Shown piece by piece: positions 48,795 to 59,900 of a stretch of 64,000 nt of DNA. Location: NCBI GenBank assembly GCA_964489135.1, contig CAZAXK010000001.1, positions 20,615 through 84,614 on the forward strand. The letters run 5' to 3'. Both the position numbers and the translations under genes were made by a program. The stretch is from an uncultured Candidatus Saccharibacteria bacterium. GTDB lineage: Bacteria; Patescibacteriota; Minisyncoccia; Phycocordibacterales; WO2-35-19. Each line of letters begins with the position of its first letter. The stretch's first letter is position 1. The notes below the pieces were generated by a model. The model saw only the letters and a program-made list of their open reading frames with translations. It ran no database searches and was not told where the DNA came from.

Positions 48795-50222
48795 TTAATT
48801 ACCGCTCGCATACTCTACTGTATCACCAGCTTCTAGACCGGCTACAATTTCGCTCAGGCCGTCGCTACCCATTATTCCGGTCTTGACCTCGACTTTGGTA
48901 GTCGCCGTCCCGTCGAATTTATTGACGAAGGTTTTGTCGCCTTCCTTTATAAGTGCATAGCTCGGCAGAGTAACCACGCCATCTTTGCGCGCCGTTTCAA
49001 TATTGAGGTTACCAGTCATTCCGCTTTTTAATCGAGAGTCTGGTTTGACCGAAACGCGGGTCTTGTAATTGACCACCCCGTCAACCAAAGTTTCGCCTGG
49101 TTCTATATATACTACTTCGCCCTCGAATACATCCGACGGGAAGGAGTCGAACTCGATCCTGACTTTATTGCCTACCTGTACCTTGCCAATATTAACTTCC
49201 GAAATATTGGCCTCAATGCTAATCTGCCCTTCTGAAATGATAGATACGAGTCTGCTACCCGCGGGCGCGATAGAACCAACCTTGGCATCCTGGAGAGTGA
49301 TGGTACCAGCAAACGGAGCGATTATTTTTGATTTGTTAATCGAGGCCTCGATACCAGCGATTGAAGCATTGATCTGATCGATCCTTGCTTGACCAACACT
49401 GCCGACACTGCCGATCTGACTCACTGATTCTTTGGTGTTTATGATCGAAGTACGCGAGGTACTAACCGCTGAACGGGCGCTATCGATAGCCGTTTTATAA
49501 CCAGCGACAGTAGATTCGTAGGCAAAGTCAGCAGAGGTAAATGAGTTTACTGCATAAGCCATAGTGTCCAAAAAGTCCGAGATCTTGTTCATGCGGGCTA
49601 CCGCTCGATCTGCATAGACTTCGGCGTTTTGATCAGTCAAAGTGAGTAGTTCATTTTGCCAGAGCACGAGCTCGGCTTCGACATCACGTCTCTTACCATT
49701 GATCTCAATCGAGAGATCACTCGGAACATTGAAATAATGGACATAGTTCCCATCAGTAAACTTTACTTCAAATACAGGGTTGGTGCGCGGTTGCTTAAAG
49801 AATTGGTCGGCTTTGTTGCGCACAGCATTGTCGGCCGAGGCAAAACCCTCTCGTATACTTGAGGCCAAAGACTCGCGACTACCACCAAGAGTCGCTCGCT
49901 CTTCTGCAAGAGAGGCCTTTTCTTTTGCAAGACTAGCAAGCTCGCTTGAAATATCTAGCTCAGCAATAACTTCTCCTTGTCTCACGGTATCCCCAACCTG
50001 CTTGTAGCTTCTGACTACCCGACCAGTACGATCGAAACCAAGGTCAACGTTGTTGTCGGCTTTCACCTTGCCGGTTACGACAATTTCTTGCACCACACTT
50101 CCTGTGGTGGCTGTCAAATATTCCTTGCCATTTTGACCATTGCGCATTTTAATACCGATGACCACCGCAACCAAAATCACAACCCCTAAAATTATTTTTT
50201 TCTTGGTAAAAAATCTTTTCAT
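48795..50222 (-). CDS. Efflux membrane-fusion/adaptor protein (MacA/HlyD-like)
   Basis: VGDTVRQGEVIAEL, coiled coil, IIAPFAG, LKSGMT. Confidence 0.88.
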   Translation of the reverse strand: MKRFFTKKKIILGVVILVAVVIGIKMRNGQNGKEYLTATTGSVVQEIVVTGKVKADNNVDLGFDRTGRVVRSYKQVGDTVRQGEVIAELDISSELASLAKEKASLAEERATLGGSRESLASSIREGFASADNAVRNKADQFFKQPRTNPVFEVKFTDGNYVHYFNVPSDLSIEINGKRRDVEAELVLWQNELLTLTDQNAEVYADRAVARMNKISDFLDTMAYAVNSFTSADFAYESTVAGYKTAIDSARSAVSTSRTSIINTKESVSQIGSVGSVGQARIDQINASIAGIEASINKSKIIAPFAGTITLQDAKVGSIAPAGSRLVSIISEGQISIEANISEVNIGKVQVGNKVRIEFDSFPSDVFEGEVVYIEPGETLVDGVVNYKTRVSVKPDSRLKSGMTGNLNIETARKDGVVTLPSYALIKEGDKTFVNKFDGTATTKVEVKTGIMGSDGLSEIVAGLEAGDTVEYASGN

Positions 50223-50234
50223 TTTTTTATTCTA

Positions 50235-50924
50235 TCACAACTTTACCTCGCTAGGGCTTCCGTCAGCCACAATATGGCCATCGGCCAATTTTACCACCCG
50301 ATGAGTCAACATGGCATACTCGGGCTCGTGGGTCACCATAACGATAGTTTGACCCTCTTTGTTCAGGTCGATAAATGTCTGCAAAACCGTGTTGGCTGTT
50401 TCAGTGTCCAGGTTCGCGGTCGGCTCATCGGCAAAGATGATTTTGGGATCATGGCTTATAGCTCGTGCGATCGAGACTCGTTGTTGCTCACCGCCTGAAA
50501 GTTGGTTCGGCAAGTTGTTCAACCTCTCTCCAAGACCAATCTTCGCAAGCGCCTTCTTGCCCTTGGCATAAGCATCCACCTGTTGTAGACCTTGCATTAA
50601 GAGAGGCACCGCCACATTTTCGAGCGCAGTGAGCTCGGGCACCAAAGCATAATCTTGGAAAACATAGCCAAGCTCGCGCAGTCGAAAATCTGTGCGTTCT
50701 TCCTCACTCAACAAAGAAACGTTGGTCCCATCCAGAATTATGTCGCCAGAATTTGGTCGATCCAAAATTCCTATCTGATGAAGCAGGGTCGACTTGCCCG
50801 AACCAGACCGCCCAATTATCGCAATAAACTGTCCCTGCTTAACTTCCAGATTCAGATTTTTGAGCACCACCAATTCAGTGCTTCCAGTCTTGTATGCTTT
50901 TGTGAGGTTGGATACTAAAATCAT
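50235..50924 (-). CDS. ABC transporter ATP-binding protein (MacB/LolD-like)
   Basis: [26 protein letters not shown]. Confidence 0.93.
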   Translation of the reverse strand: MILVSNLTKAYKTGSTELVVLKNLNLEVKQGQFIAIIGRSGSGKSTLLHQIGILDRPNSGDIILDGTNVSLLSEEERTDFRLRELGYVFQDYALVPELTALENVAVPLLMQGLQQVDAYAKGKKALAKIGLGERLNNLPNQLSGGEQQRVSIARAISHDPKIIFADEPTANLDTETANTVLQTFIDLNKEGQTIVMVTHEPEYAMLTHRVVKLADGHIVADGSPSEVKL

Positions 50925-50928
50925 ATTT

Positions 50929-52209
50929 TTATCTGCCTAATATAGAGTCCAAAGTATTGCGTTTGACAACCAATCGCGCGGGGATAAATCCGGCAATAAC
51001 AGTGGCTATTATAAGAAATAGCGCTCGCAAAAGAGTATTCGGTACTTCAGCCACCAAGATACCGTCAGAAAATGGGAAGTTGATCGGGTTGGCTGTGATA
51101 TATGGTACCAAAAGCCCGTACAAAATGAGTAGCCCAAGCAAAATACCGAGCCCAGCGTAAAATATCGATTGGAAAATATAGGAGATCTCGATTGCCCGCG
51201 AGCTGATGCCGATGCCCTTGAGAATACCGATGAACTTTCTTCGGGTGATTGCATTGATGAAAATCACGATAAAGATAGTGATCGAGGCCACAACGAGCCC
51301 GATCGAACCGACGACGTTACCAAGGATCGCAAAGGTGTCGATCATGTCTTTGATAAATTTTGGTAAGGATTCCTCAAAGGTCTGCACTCGAGCAGTCTGC
51401 CCCACCCCGCTGTTCAGCAATGCTTGCTTTACCACTGCTGGATCGCTTCCAGGCTTTAGAATTATCGCAATTTCATCGACATTGTAATCGCCTCGCCCGA
51501 TAAGAGGGCGCAGACTTTGGTCAAGCATGAGTATGCGCTGGTCGATATCGGTTTTGCTTTTGATAACCCCTTTGAGTATGACTTCTTTCGTATTGCCATT
51601 TACCGTGATTCGCACCCTATCCCCAATCTTTACATTTTCGAGCAAGTTGAGTCCTGGCGAATCGATATCTAAATATTTTTTAAGCATATTAGCCCCCACA
51701 ATGATGGAATCAGTGTCTTGATTGGTAAGATAGCTACCTTCAACAATTTTTGAAGAAATGCCAGTCGCTCGATCTTCCATTTCCGGATCGATACCGGCCA
51801 CGATCCCACCCGCCACATTTGGATCATCGGTAAGTCGAACTCGGGTTTTGTAATTGGCCTCGACTGACCCAGATTCTACATAGCGAGCGGTGTAAGTTTC
51901 TACCCACGGCAGGCCCTTTATAACACTGATGATCGATTGACTGTTCTCGATATAACTTTTCTTCGGTAAATTGGAGATAAATATGTCTCCCGAATAATAT
52001 TTTGAATATACCTCGACCGAGCCCTGTATAAGGCCGACGAGTATCCCTCTCACCACCACCAAATTCAGGAAAGTCAGGGTCATTACGAAAATAATCAGAG
52101 CGGTGGTCGCCTTGTTCGATCTTCGAACCTGCCGAAGCGCCAAGAAAAATCCCAAGTAGAGGGATGTAAAAAAACTTGCGTTCTTCTTTTGAGTCTGCGT
52201 TTCAGCCAC
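50929..52209 (-). CDS. FtsX/MacB-like ABC permease
   Basis: One TM, large extracytoplasmic loop, three TM; IGILKGIG. Confidence 0.88.
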   Translation of the reverse strand: MAETQTQKKNASFFTSLYLGFFLALRQVRRSNKATTALIIFVMTLTFLNLVVVRGILVGLIQGSVEVYSKYYSGDIFISNLPKKSYIENSQSIISVIKGLPWVETYTARYVESGSVEANYKTRVRLTDDPNVAGGIVAGIDPEMEDRATGISSKIVEGSYLTNQDTDSIIVGANMLKKYLDIDSPGLNLLENVKIGDRVRITVNGNTKEVILKGVIKSKTDIDQRILMLDQSLRPLIGRGDYNVDEIAIILKPGSDPAVVKQALLNSGVGQTARVQTFEESLPKFIKDMIDTFAILGNVVGSIGLVVASITIFIVIFINAITRRKFIGILKGIGISSRAIEISYIFQSIFYAGLGILLGLLILYGLLVPYITANPINFPFSDGILVAEVPNTLLRALFLIIATVIAGFIPARLVVKRNTLDSILGR

Positions 52210-52227
52210 AAAACTATTGTAGCATAT

Positions 52228-52680
52228 TTACTTCAACCCTTTACAGTTGGAGGCGGGGGTGTAGCCGGCTTCCCGAGCCTCTTTAATAGTATTGAAAGTT
52301 ATTTTGTTCTTGTCAGAAATCTGCTTGGCTCCGGCGCACCACGGGTAGTGGTACTTGGTGCCATTTTTGGATGCGACTACTTGCCCTGAGTCTGTCGAAG
52401 GGGCCGTTTCAACTGAATCGCTCGACGCCCCCATGACCTCTCCGGAACTGCTTTTTTCGGTCCCCTTCTCTTGCATTATCACCCTCACTGGCTCCCTCGC
52501 CCCCTCTATTTTAGACAGTCGCCCCAAAACAAAGCTGAGCAAACCGATCAAGACCACGCAAAGAGCCACAAAATACCGGCTGGCCAAAAAGCTTTCCAGG
52601 GTCCTCCAAAAGGTCGGTTTCTCCGCCCCCTCAAGCCCTTGGAGATCAAAATATTCGCCCCCACTTGCGTTTTCTGCCAT
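52228..52680 (-). CDS. Membrane protein with C-terminal Ada-like metal-binding domain
   Basis: [14 protein letters not shown]...[13 protein letters not shown]. Confidence 0.75.
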   Translation of the reverse strand: MAENASGGEYFDLQGLEGAEKPTFWRTLESFLASRYFVALCVVLIGLLSFVLGRLSKIEGAREPVRVIMQEKGTEKSSSGEVMGASSDSVETAPSTDSGQVVASKNGTKYHYPWCAGAKQISDKNKITFNTIKEAREAGYTPASNCKGLK

Positions 52681-52703
52681 CTTGGTTTAATATTAGCACC
52701 ACT

Positions 52704-52976
52704 ATGGCTCATAAAAAAGCTGCGGGTACAACCAAAAACGGGCGCGATTCCAACGCGAAATATCTCGGCATAAAGATAGCTGACGGGGGTTTTGCCACAG
52801 TCGGCTCTATTATTGTCCGACAGCGTGGTACTCGTATACTCCCTGGTACGAACGTACAGGTCGGTAGAGATCACACCATTTTCGCTACCAAGGACGGCAA
52901 GGTCAAAATAAGCGACCGCAGGAAGGTTCACTTCGACGGCACAACTGTTACTAAGAAGGTTGCAAGTGTAGTATAA
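52704..52976 (+). CDS. rpmA: 50S ribosomal protein L27
   Basis: [31 protein letters not shown]. Confidence 0.96.
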   Translation: MAHKKAAGTTKNGRDSNAKYLGIKIADGGFATVGSIIVRQRGTRILPGTNVQVGRDHTIFATKDGKVKISDRRKVHFDGTTVTKKVASVV

Positions 52977-53394
52977 ACTCACCTTTCACTTTCCCTATCT
53001 GAACCAGTATTTTGTGATCACCAATCTCCTTGATTGGTTTTTCTATTTTCAAAAATTCCGGATCTAGCTCAATCTTTAGTTCATCTTTCAACAATTGCGA
53101 GATTTCTTCGGGATGGACCTGTTCAAAAAGATGTCCCTTTTCGTTGGCCTTCTTCTTCATGGAAAGATCGGCTCCACCCAATACTTCAATTGAGCTTTTG
53201 GCGAGCGATTCTTGAATTTGCTTCTCGGCTTCCAGAGAGGATTGTTTCAGTTTGGCTCTTTCTACTGCCTGTGGAGTTGCAAATTCGGCTTTTTTATTCG
53301 GGATAAGAAAATTTCGGGCATAGCCATCCTTCACCTCTTTCACCTCCCCTTTTCTTCCGACGCCGGCCACATCTTGCACAAAAATTACTTTCAT
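52951..53394 (-). CDS. rplI: 50S ribosomal protein L9
   Basis: [32 protein letters not shown]. Confidence 0.95.
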   Translation of the reverse strand: MKVIFVQDVAGVGRKGEVKEVKDGYARNFLIPNKKAEFATPQAVERAKLKQSSLEAEKQIQESLAKSSIEVLGGADLSMKKKANEKGHLFEQVHPEEISQLLKDELKIELDPEFLKIEKPIKEIGDHKILVQIGKVKGEFILHLQPS

Positions 53395-53404
53395 TTGTTT
53401 TGTA

Positions 53405-54622
53405 TTATTTGCTTAGTAAGTATTCTATGGCCTTTTGAAGCTGGGGATCGGCGCCATTTTTGGTATTTTCGGGAGTGATCTCAACCTTGATATCGGGGGC
53501 AAGCCCGCCATTAGAAATCGAATTACCATTGGGAGTTAGCCAGTGAGCAACGGTAACTTTGAGCGAGGTCTTGTCGGTAATGGGTAGAAGCTCCTGCACC
53601 GAACCTTTACCAAAGGTCTGGTGGCCGATAAGTACCGCTTTGCCATGCTCACGCAAGGCACCGGCAAGAATTTCTGAGGCCGAGGCTGATCCTTCATTCA
53701 CGAGGATCGCCATCTTCAGCCGATCAGTAAACACGTCATAGCCCTTGCTTCGATAAACTTTCGGCTCACTCTTGCCACCAAAGTCTTCCGTCACCACCAC
53801 TTTGCCGGATGGCAAGAACCAGCTTGCCATATCCATCGCCGCCTCAAGGTAACCCCCCGGATTATTACGTAGATCTATGATGAGCTTATCGCTTCCCGAT
53901 TCGACAAATTCGCGCAAAGCCGAACGGAAAAGATTTGGCGAAACAGCCGAAAAATTATAAAGACTGATCACAAACACGCCTTCTTTGGTTTGCTTCGTGT
54001 CCACCGTTGGTATTTCTATTTTGGTTCGGACCATGGTCTTAACCAATGGCTCCGAAACTCCCTCTCTCATGAAAGTAACCACGACTGGCTCCCCTATTTC
54101 GCCTCGGATCATGGTGATCGCTTCATCAGACGTTAGCCCCAAAACAGATTTGCCATCTACCGCTATCACCCTATCTCCAGCCTTGACTCCCGCCTTGTCT
54201 GCTGGCGTTCCTTTCAAAGGAGCGATGATCGTGAGATACCCATCTTGCATGCCGATTTCCATTCCCACTCCACCAAAGCTACCGCTTATCTCCTGTTCAA
54301 ACGCCTCGGATTCAACTGGTGGGAAAAAGACTGTGTAAGGATCGCCATATGAAGCAGCGAGACCCTGGATCGCCCCCCACATCTTATCCTGCTCGGTCAA
54401 CTCGAAGGTTGTGGTCGAAGCGGGGGCAAACTTTTCTTCCAAAGTACTCCAAACATTCCAAAATGGACCCATGTCGACAGGAACAGTGCTAGTCGAATTT
54501 ACGATAAAGGCCGGCACGGAGCTCCGACGACTATCCGCCCCAAAGAGGAAGCCAGCCCCAAACATGGCACCAGCCAATACCGCGCTCACTATTATTTGAG
54601 TGTATCTCTCATTTATTTGCAT
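53405..54622 (-). CDS. S41 carboxyl-terminal processing protease (CtpA-like)
   Basis: PDZ (GVGMEI), [22 protein letters not shown]. Confidence 0.93.
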   Translation of the reverse strand: MQINERYTQIIVSAVLAGAMFGAGFLFGADSRRSSVPAFIVNSTSTVPVDMGPFWNVWSTLEEKFAPASTTTFELTEQDKMWGAIQGLAASYGDPYTVFFPPVESEAFEQEISGSFGGVGMEIGMQDGYLTIIAPLKGTPADKAGVKAGDRVIAVDGKSVLGLTSDEAITMIRGEIGEPVVVTFMREGVSEPLVKTMVRTKIEIPTVDTKQTKEGVFVISLYNFSAVSPNLFRSALREFVESGSDKLIIDLRNNPGGYLEAAMDMASWFLPSGKVVVTEDFGGKSEPKVYRSKGYDVFTDRLKMAILVNEGSASASEILAGALREHGKAVLIGHQTFGKGSVQELLPITDKTSLKVTVAHWLTPNGNSISNGGLAPDIKVEITPENTKNGADPQLQKAIEYLLSK

Positions 54623-54696
54623 ATAAATTTCAAAAAATTATACAATCTCTGATATAATACTTCTGTAAACGTAGGTACTAATTTTATCACAAAAAA

Positions 54697-55596
54697 ATGA
54701 TCGTTGCTCGAACATTCATGAACCGAAGCTGGATCGATGTCAGCTCTCCGACACAAGAAGATGTCGACGCTCTTTTGCTTTCCTATAATATCGACCCCAG
54801 TATCGCCCGAGACCTACTATCTCCAACCCCCAAACAGCAGGTTCGCGAATATGACGACTCCTTTTATACCGTCATTCACTTGCCTTACTTCGACAAGAAT
54901 GGCAACCCCGAAATTCAAGAGATCGACTGCGTGATAACCGAAAATTCCCTTTTGACCGTTCGATACGATTCTATCGATGCTCTGCATTACTTTGGCAAGC
55001 AAATGGAAGCCGACCAAATACTGGGTAAAAGTTCGGCAACGCATCCGCTCTTCGGTTTGATGAAAGAAGTCTACAAAAGCATGTCGAACGAGCTCTCTTC
55101 AGTTGACGGTTGGCTTAGTGATATCGAAGAACATATATTCAACGGACAAGAAAAAGAGATGGTCCTCGGTATCTCCTCAGTGTCGCGACACCTTCTCAAC
55201 TTTCGCCGAATTGTTTCGCCACACCAGAGTGTGTGGCAAAATCTGCACACCCTCGGCCAAGAAAAGTTTGGCAATGAATTCGCCAAAGAAACAAATATTA
55301 TTATCGAGGAAGTTCGTCGTTTGCTGTCGTCCGTAGAAAGCTTGGGCCAAATGATAGACGAGCTACGCGAGACCAACAACTCCCTGCTTTCAACCAAGCA
55401 AAATGAAATCATGAAAGTCTTCACCATTCTCGCTTTTATCACCTTTCCGCTTTCGCTCATTGCCGGCATTTTCGGTATGAACACCTCCTTTATTCCACTA
55501 GTTGGACTGCCACAAGATTTCTGGCTAGTTATAGCCCTTATGCTTGTTGCCGTGCTCGCAATGTTTGGCTTTTTCAGGTATAAGAAGTGGATATGA
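54697..55596 (+). CDS. corA: CorA-family Mg2+ transporter
   Basis: NEIMKVFT, FGMN, two C-terminal TM segments. Confidence 0.9.
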   Translation: MIVARTFMNRSWIDVSSPTQEDVDALLLSYNIDPSIARDLLSPTPKQQVREYDDSFYTVIHLPYFDKNGNPEIQEIDCVITENSLLTVRYDSIDALHYFGKQMEADQILGKSSATHPLFGLMKEVYKSMSNELSSVDGWLSDIEEHIFNGQEKEMVLGISSVSRHLLNFRRIVSPHQSVWQNLHTLGQEKFGNEFAKETNIIIEEVRRLLSSVESLGQMIDELRETNNSLLSTKQNEIMKVFTILAFITFPLSLIAGIFGMNTSFIPLVGLPQDFWLVIALMLVAVLAMFGFFRYKKWI

Positions 55597-56969
55597 ACAT
55601 ACATCTATATAACACCCTAACTGGCAAGAAAGAGGTCTTTGAGCCCATATCGGCAGACGAAGTCGGTATGTATCACTGCGGACCCACTGTTTACAACTTT
55701 CCCTCTATTGGCAATATGCGCTCCTACGTACTCGCAGACACACTGCGGCGAACCTTTGAGTACTTCGACTATAAAGTCGATCAGGTTATAAACATTACGG
55801 ATGTCGGGCATTTAGTCGGCGACGGTGACGACGGTGAGGACAAGGTGGAAAAAAGTGCAAAAGCCTTGGGTAAATCGGCGCTGGAGATTGCCAAATTTTA
55901 TGAAGAGGCTTTTTACAATGATCTTGCACTTCTCAATATTAATACCCAGGACACGAAATTTCCTAGAGCATCCGAACACATAGCCGAACAAATTGAAATT
56001 ATAAAAATACTTGAAGAGAAGGGCTTTACCTACCAAACTTCTGATGGCTTATATTTCGACACTGCCAAATACAGCGACTATGGCAAGCTCGGCAATATCC
56101 ATCTGTCTGGTCTAAAGCAGGGTGCCCGCGTCGGGATGGGAGAAAAAAGAAATCTGACAGATTTTGCTTTATGGAAATTCTCATTGGATAAGCAGAGGTT
56201 GCAGGAATGGGATAGCCCGTGGGGAGTAGGGTTCCCAGGTTGGCACATAGAATGCTCAGCAATGAGCCGAAAGTACCTCGACCAACCATTTGATATCCAC
56301 ACCGGAGGAATCGACCACATACCGGTTCATCACAACAACGAAATTGCGCAGTCCGAGTGCGCTTTTGATGTTCCGCTCGCCCACTACTGGCTCCATAACG
56401 AATTCATTAAAATCGACAACGAGAAGATGAGCAAGTCTTTGGACAATATTTATACCGTCGAAGATTTGCGCAAAAGAAAAATTCATCCTCTTGCTTTCCG
56501 GTATTGGCTTTTGACTTCGCATTATCAAACACCTGCAAACTTTACATGGGAAGCCGTGGCCGGAGCGCAGAACGCGCTCGAAAGCGTCGTCACAAAATAC
56601 AATCAATCAGCCCATGAGGCAGAAACGATACCCGATCTTGATTATTCCCTGATACAGGAGTTCGAGCAAGCGATCAGTGATAATTTAAATACCCCCGTAG
56701 CAATCGCTATTCTTCAAAAAGCCACTCAGCGCAAAACACTCGAACATATCGATCAAGTACTTGGGCTCGATATAAAAAATCTCGAGAGAAAGCTCCACCA
56801 AATTCCGGACGAAATTGTCGAACTCAAGAAGGAACGCGACCACGCCCGAGCTGAAAAGGATTGGCAAAAATCCGACGCACTCAGAAAAGAGATTGAGTCT
56901 CAAGGATTTGTTCTTGAAGACAAGGAAAACACGAGCTCAGTAAGAAAAACTCTATCCTCTATTATTTAG
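55593..56969 (+). CDS. cysS: Cysteine-tRNA ligase
   Basis: CGPTVY, DFALWK, PGWHIECSAM, KMSKS. Confidence 0.97.
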   Translation: MNIHLYNTLTGKKEVFEPISADEVGMYHCGPTVYNFPSIGNMRSYVLADTLRRTFEYFDYKVDQVINITDVGHLVGDGDDGEDKVEKSAKALGKSALEIAKFYEEAFYNDLALLNINTQDTKFPRASEHIAEQIEIIKILEEKGFTYQTSDGLYFDTAKYSDYGKLGNIHLSGLKQGARVGMGEKRNLTDFALWKFSLDKQRLQEWDSPWGVGFPGWHIECSAMSRKYLDQPFDIHTGGIDHIPVHHNNEIAQSECAFDVPLAHYWLHNEFIKIDNEKMSKSLDNIYTVEDLRKRKIHPLAFRYWLLTSHYQTPANFTWEAVAGAQNALESVVTKYNQSAHEAETIPDLDYSLIQEFEQAISDNLNTPVAIAILQKATQRKTLEHIDQVLGLDIKNLERKLHQIPDEIVELKKERDHARAEKDWQKSDALRKEIESQGFVLEDKENTSSVRKTLSSII

Positions 56970-56979
56970 CGATTCAGTG

Positions 56980-59900
56980 TTATTGCGACGACAAGCTTTT
57001 TATCCGCGCTCTAGTCCCCGGCCCAACATTGCCATACCCAGTCGTCTGCGGACTACCACTCGAGACGATACCTTCTGCTCTTTGGAAAGATTTGACCGCA
57101 GCTTCAGTGAGGCGACCAAAAAATCCAATTGCATTACCCGGAGCTAAGTATCCTTTTGATATGAGGAAGTTTTGGAGCACGGTGACATCAGCGCCTTGTG
57201 AGCCGTATGAGAGATTGCGAGAGAGGTTTACGCCTCCGGTCGCAGAAGTGACCCCACCTGATGCAGTAGTGACAGATCCCGAGGAAGACGAGCTTTGGCC
57301 AGAACCAACAGAAAGTATTGCAATTCTTGCCCGAGTTTTTGCACCCGCAAGGCCGTATCCAGTCGTAGCGGCACTTCCGCTCGAGACTATGCCTTCCGCT
57401 CTTTGGAAAGATTTGACTGCCGCTTCAGTCAGTCGGCCGAAGAAGCCGATCGCGTTGCCTGGAGCGAGGTATCCCTTGGAGATGAGGAAGTTTTGCAAAT
57501 CAGTCACATCTTTACCCTCCATACCATATGCAAGGGTGCGTGATAGGACCACACCTATACCCACCGCATTACCAGGGACTGTGGCTGTGGAAGTAGGAGC
57601 TGTGATCGTTGCAGTAGTTCTCCCTGATGAAGATCCACCACCACCAGAAGATCCTCCGCCCGAGGAAGAAGTCGTGGTAACGACGGTAGTGCCACCACCG
57701 CCGCCGCCACCTCCACCTGAACCACTCGATGCTGTGCCTGAGTTGCCTTCGGCGTTAGTGGTAAATGACACAGTTACCGGGTCGGAGTAGTCGCCGTATT
57801 CATCTTTCAAAAAGATCGAGTAGTAATATTTGGTCAATGGCTTAACCGCCTCATCATGATAGCCAAGCTCCGAGCAGGCAAGGCTTGCGACCAAGCTTGT
57901 CTCTTCGGGTACAGTGATGAACCCAGTTTCGGATCTATAAACTTTAATGTTGGCGCACAATTCGTAATCAATTTTATCCCACTTGAGAATAACTGATCCT
58001 TCAGAAGCGGTGACATTCAGAATTTTTGGTGGTTTAGATGGTCTTTGCAAAGTAGAGAACGGCACAACGACAGAGACCGCTTCTCCCCCACCACTCGCTC
58101 TTGCCCTTACGCGTAAGTTGTAACTTTTACCAGGTTGCAATCCGCGCAAATCAATAACATGGTCCTTCGCATAGACAAAAGAAAATGTGGTCGAAGAAGT
58201 AAAGCTCTGGTCAGTACTCCATTCGGCCTTGACGACGGCCTGAGAATCTAGATGCACGGCGACACTAGCAGACTTATATTCTGGATCAATTGTTGGGTTA
58301 GACAAAAAGACAGGAGTCAGCGCAGAAACCGGAGGCGTAACAGCATTCACTGCGACAGAAGCACTCGCCGAAGCCGACCCACCGTTACCAGAACAGGAAA
58401 TGTTGTAGGTAGTGTTAGCGGTTGGAGCAACAGAAGCCGAACCCGACGTACTTGTCTGGTTTGTCCACGAGGCCGAACAACTTGAAGCATTGGTTGAGGA
58501 CCAGCTCAACGTAACACTGTTGCCTTGATCTACAGAAGTCGGGTTAGCGCTAAGGGTTACTGTTGGAGCGGTGTTTGTCGGAGGATTGGTTGGATTTGGA
58601 ACGGTAGTAGTCGCAATAGTACCGGTACGCGGGAGGAAAGCCCACTTTGGACTCCCGTTAAATCGATCTTGATAATCGATATGGCTCTTAAACCAGTCCC
58701 AAGCTGTTTGTCCAGAAATTCCATTCCAAGAAAAATTGGTTAGGAAACTTGAAGCGCCATAACTTAGTATTGAGTACCCGCCTTCATAGTCGTGATCATT
58801 CACAAAGTCGGTGGTACGCGTCTGATACTGCGAGAGCATGGCGTTCTTTACCTCGGCCCAAGTCTGGAAGTAATTGCCGTTCTTATCAGTTGAAGGCGTG
58901 CGGTAATTTTGGAGGAAATAAGGACTGTAAGTCGGATCGAATACTTGGCCAAGCAGATTCTGAGCAAAACGTTCTCGAAGTGGTCGAATTTGGGTAAAGC
59001 CCAACTCATCCAAGTGTCCAAGCACTACATGCAAGAACGCATTTTGGAATGGGATGCTTACGTTATTGGCTTTTGTAAGATCGGCTTCGCCGTCAGCCCC
59101 GTATCCCTTAGACCAGAAGTTGAGAGCATTAGGAAATTTACCGAATTTATTTTTGCCGATACACCAGATCGATGTTTCGGTGTAGGCGTTAAACGGATTT
59201 GTAGTACATGGACTATAATAGCTTCCGTTTTGGATATCAAATGAACCTTCACGCACAGCGATATTGTTGATCATCTTGTCGGTATAGTATTTCTTTTCGG
59301 GAGTGCTGTCCGGCGCCAAAAACGCCGCTTCGCCCAAGCCACGAAAACTCCACGCTACTCCACGATCCTCGTTGCCGATCAAACCTTTGCCAAAGATACG
59401 ATTATTTGGATTTGTGGTATGAAGTATATAAGAGGCTTCGTTGTACATACCTTCGAGGAAGTACCAGTCGCCCGTAAATAGGTATGGCAAGTAGAAGCTA
59501 TTTGGGAAATGATTTACGTCTACGATCCAGCCCACATTGGAAGTCTTATCGACAGCAAACTGATAATCGCCATCTTGGTCTGAACTCTTACTTATATTTG
59601 AGTAAGTTTTTGGGCGAGCATCAAGAGACATTGACCTGCCGAACATGTCATCGGACATTCCAGTGACGAAAAGCTTGCCTGTTTTCGACTCACGGGCAAA
59701 CATAGGAATCATGTTTGAAGCATTACCGTTGCCCACTAGCTCTTGGAACAATTCTGGTACTCTCGAATCGGAAGTCTTCATTGCATACAAGTAGACCATC
59801 TGCCATGTGGTAAAGAGACCGATGTCAGGACGCTGACCTGCATCAAATTGGTTTTTCCAGATCTGACCTTGTACCGCGCTCGAATCATTTGTACCCGGTT

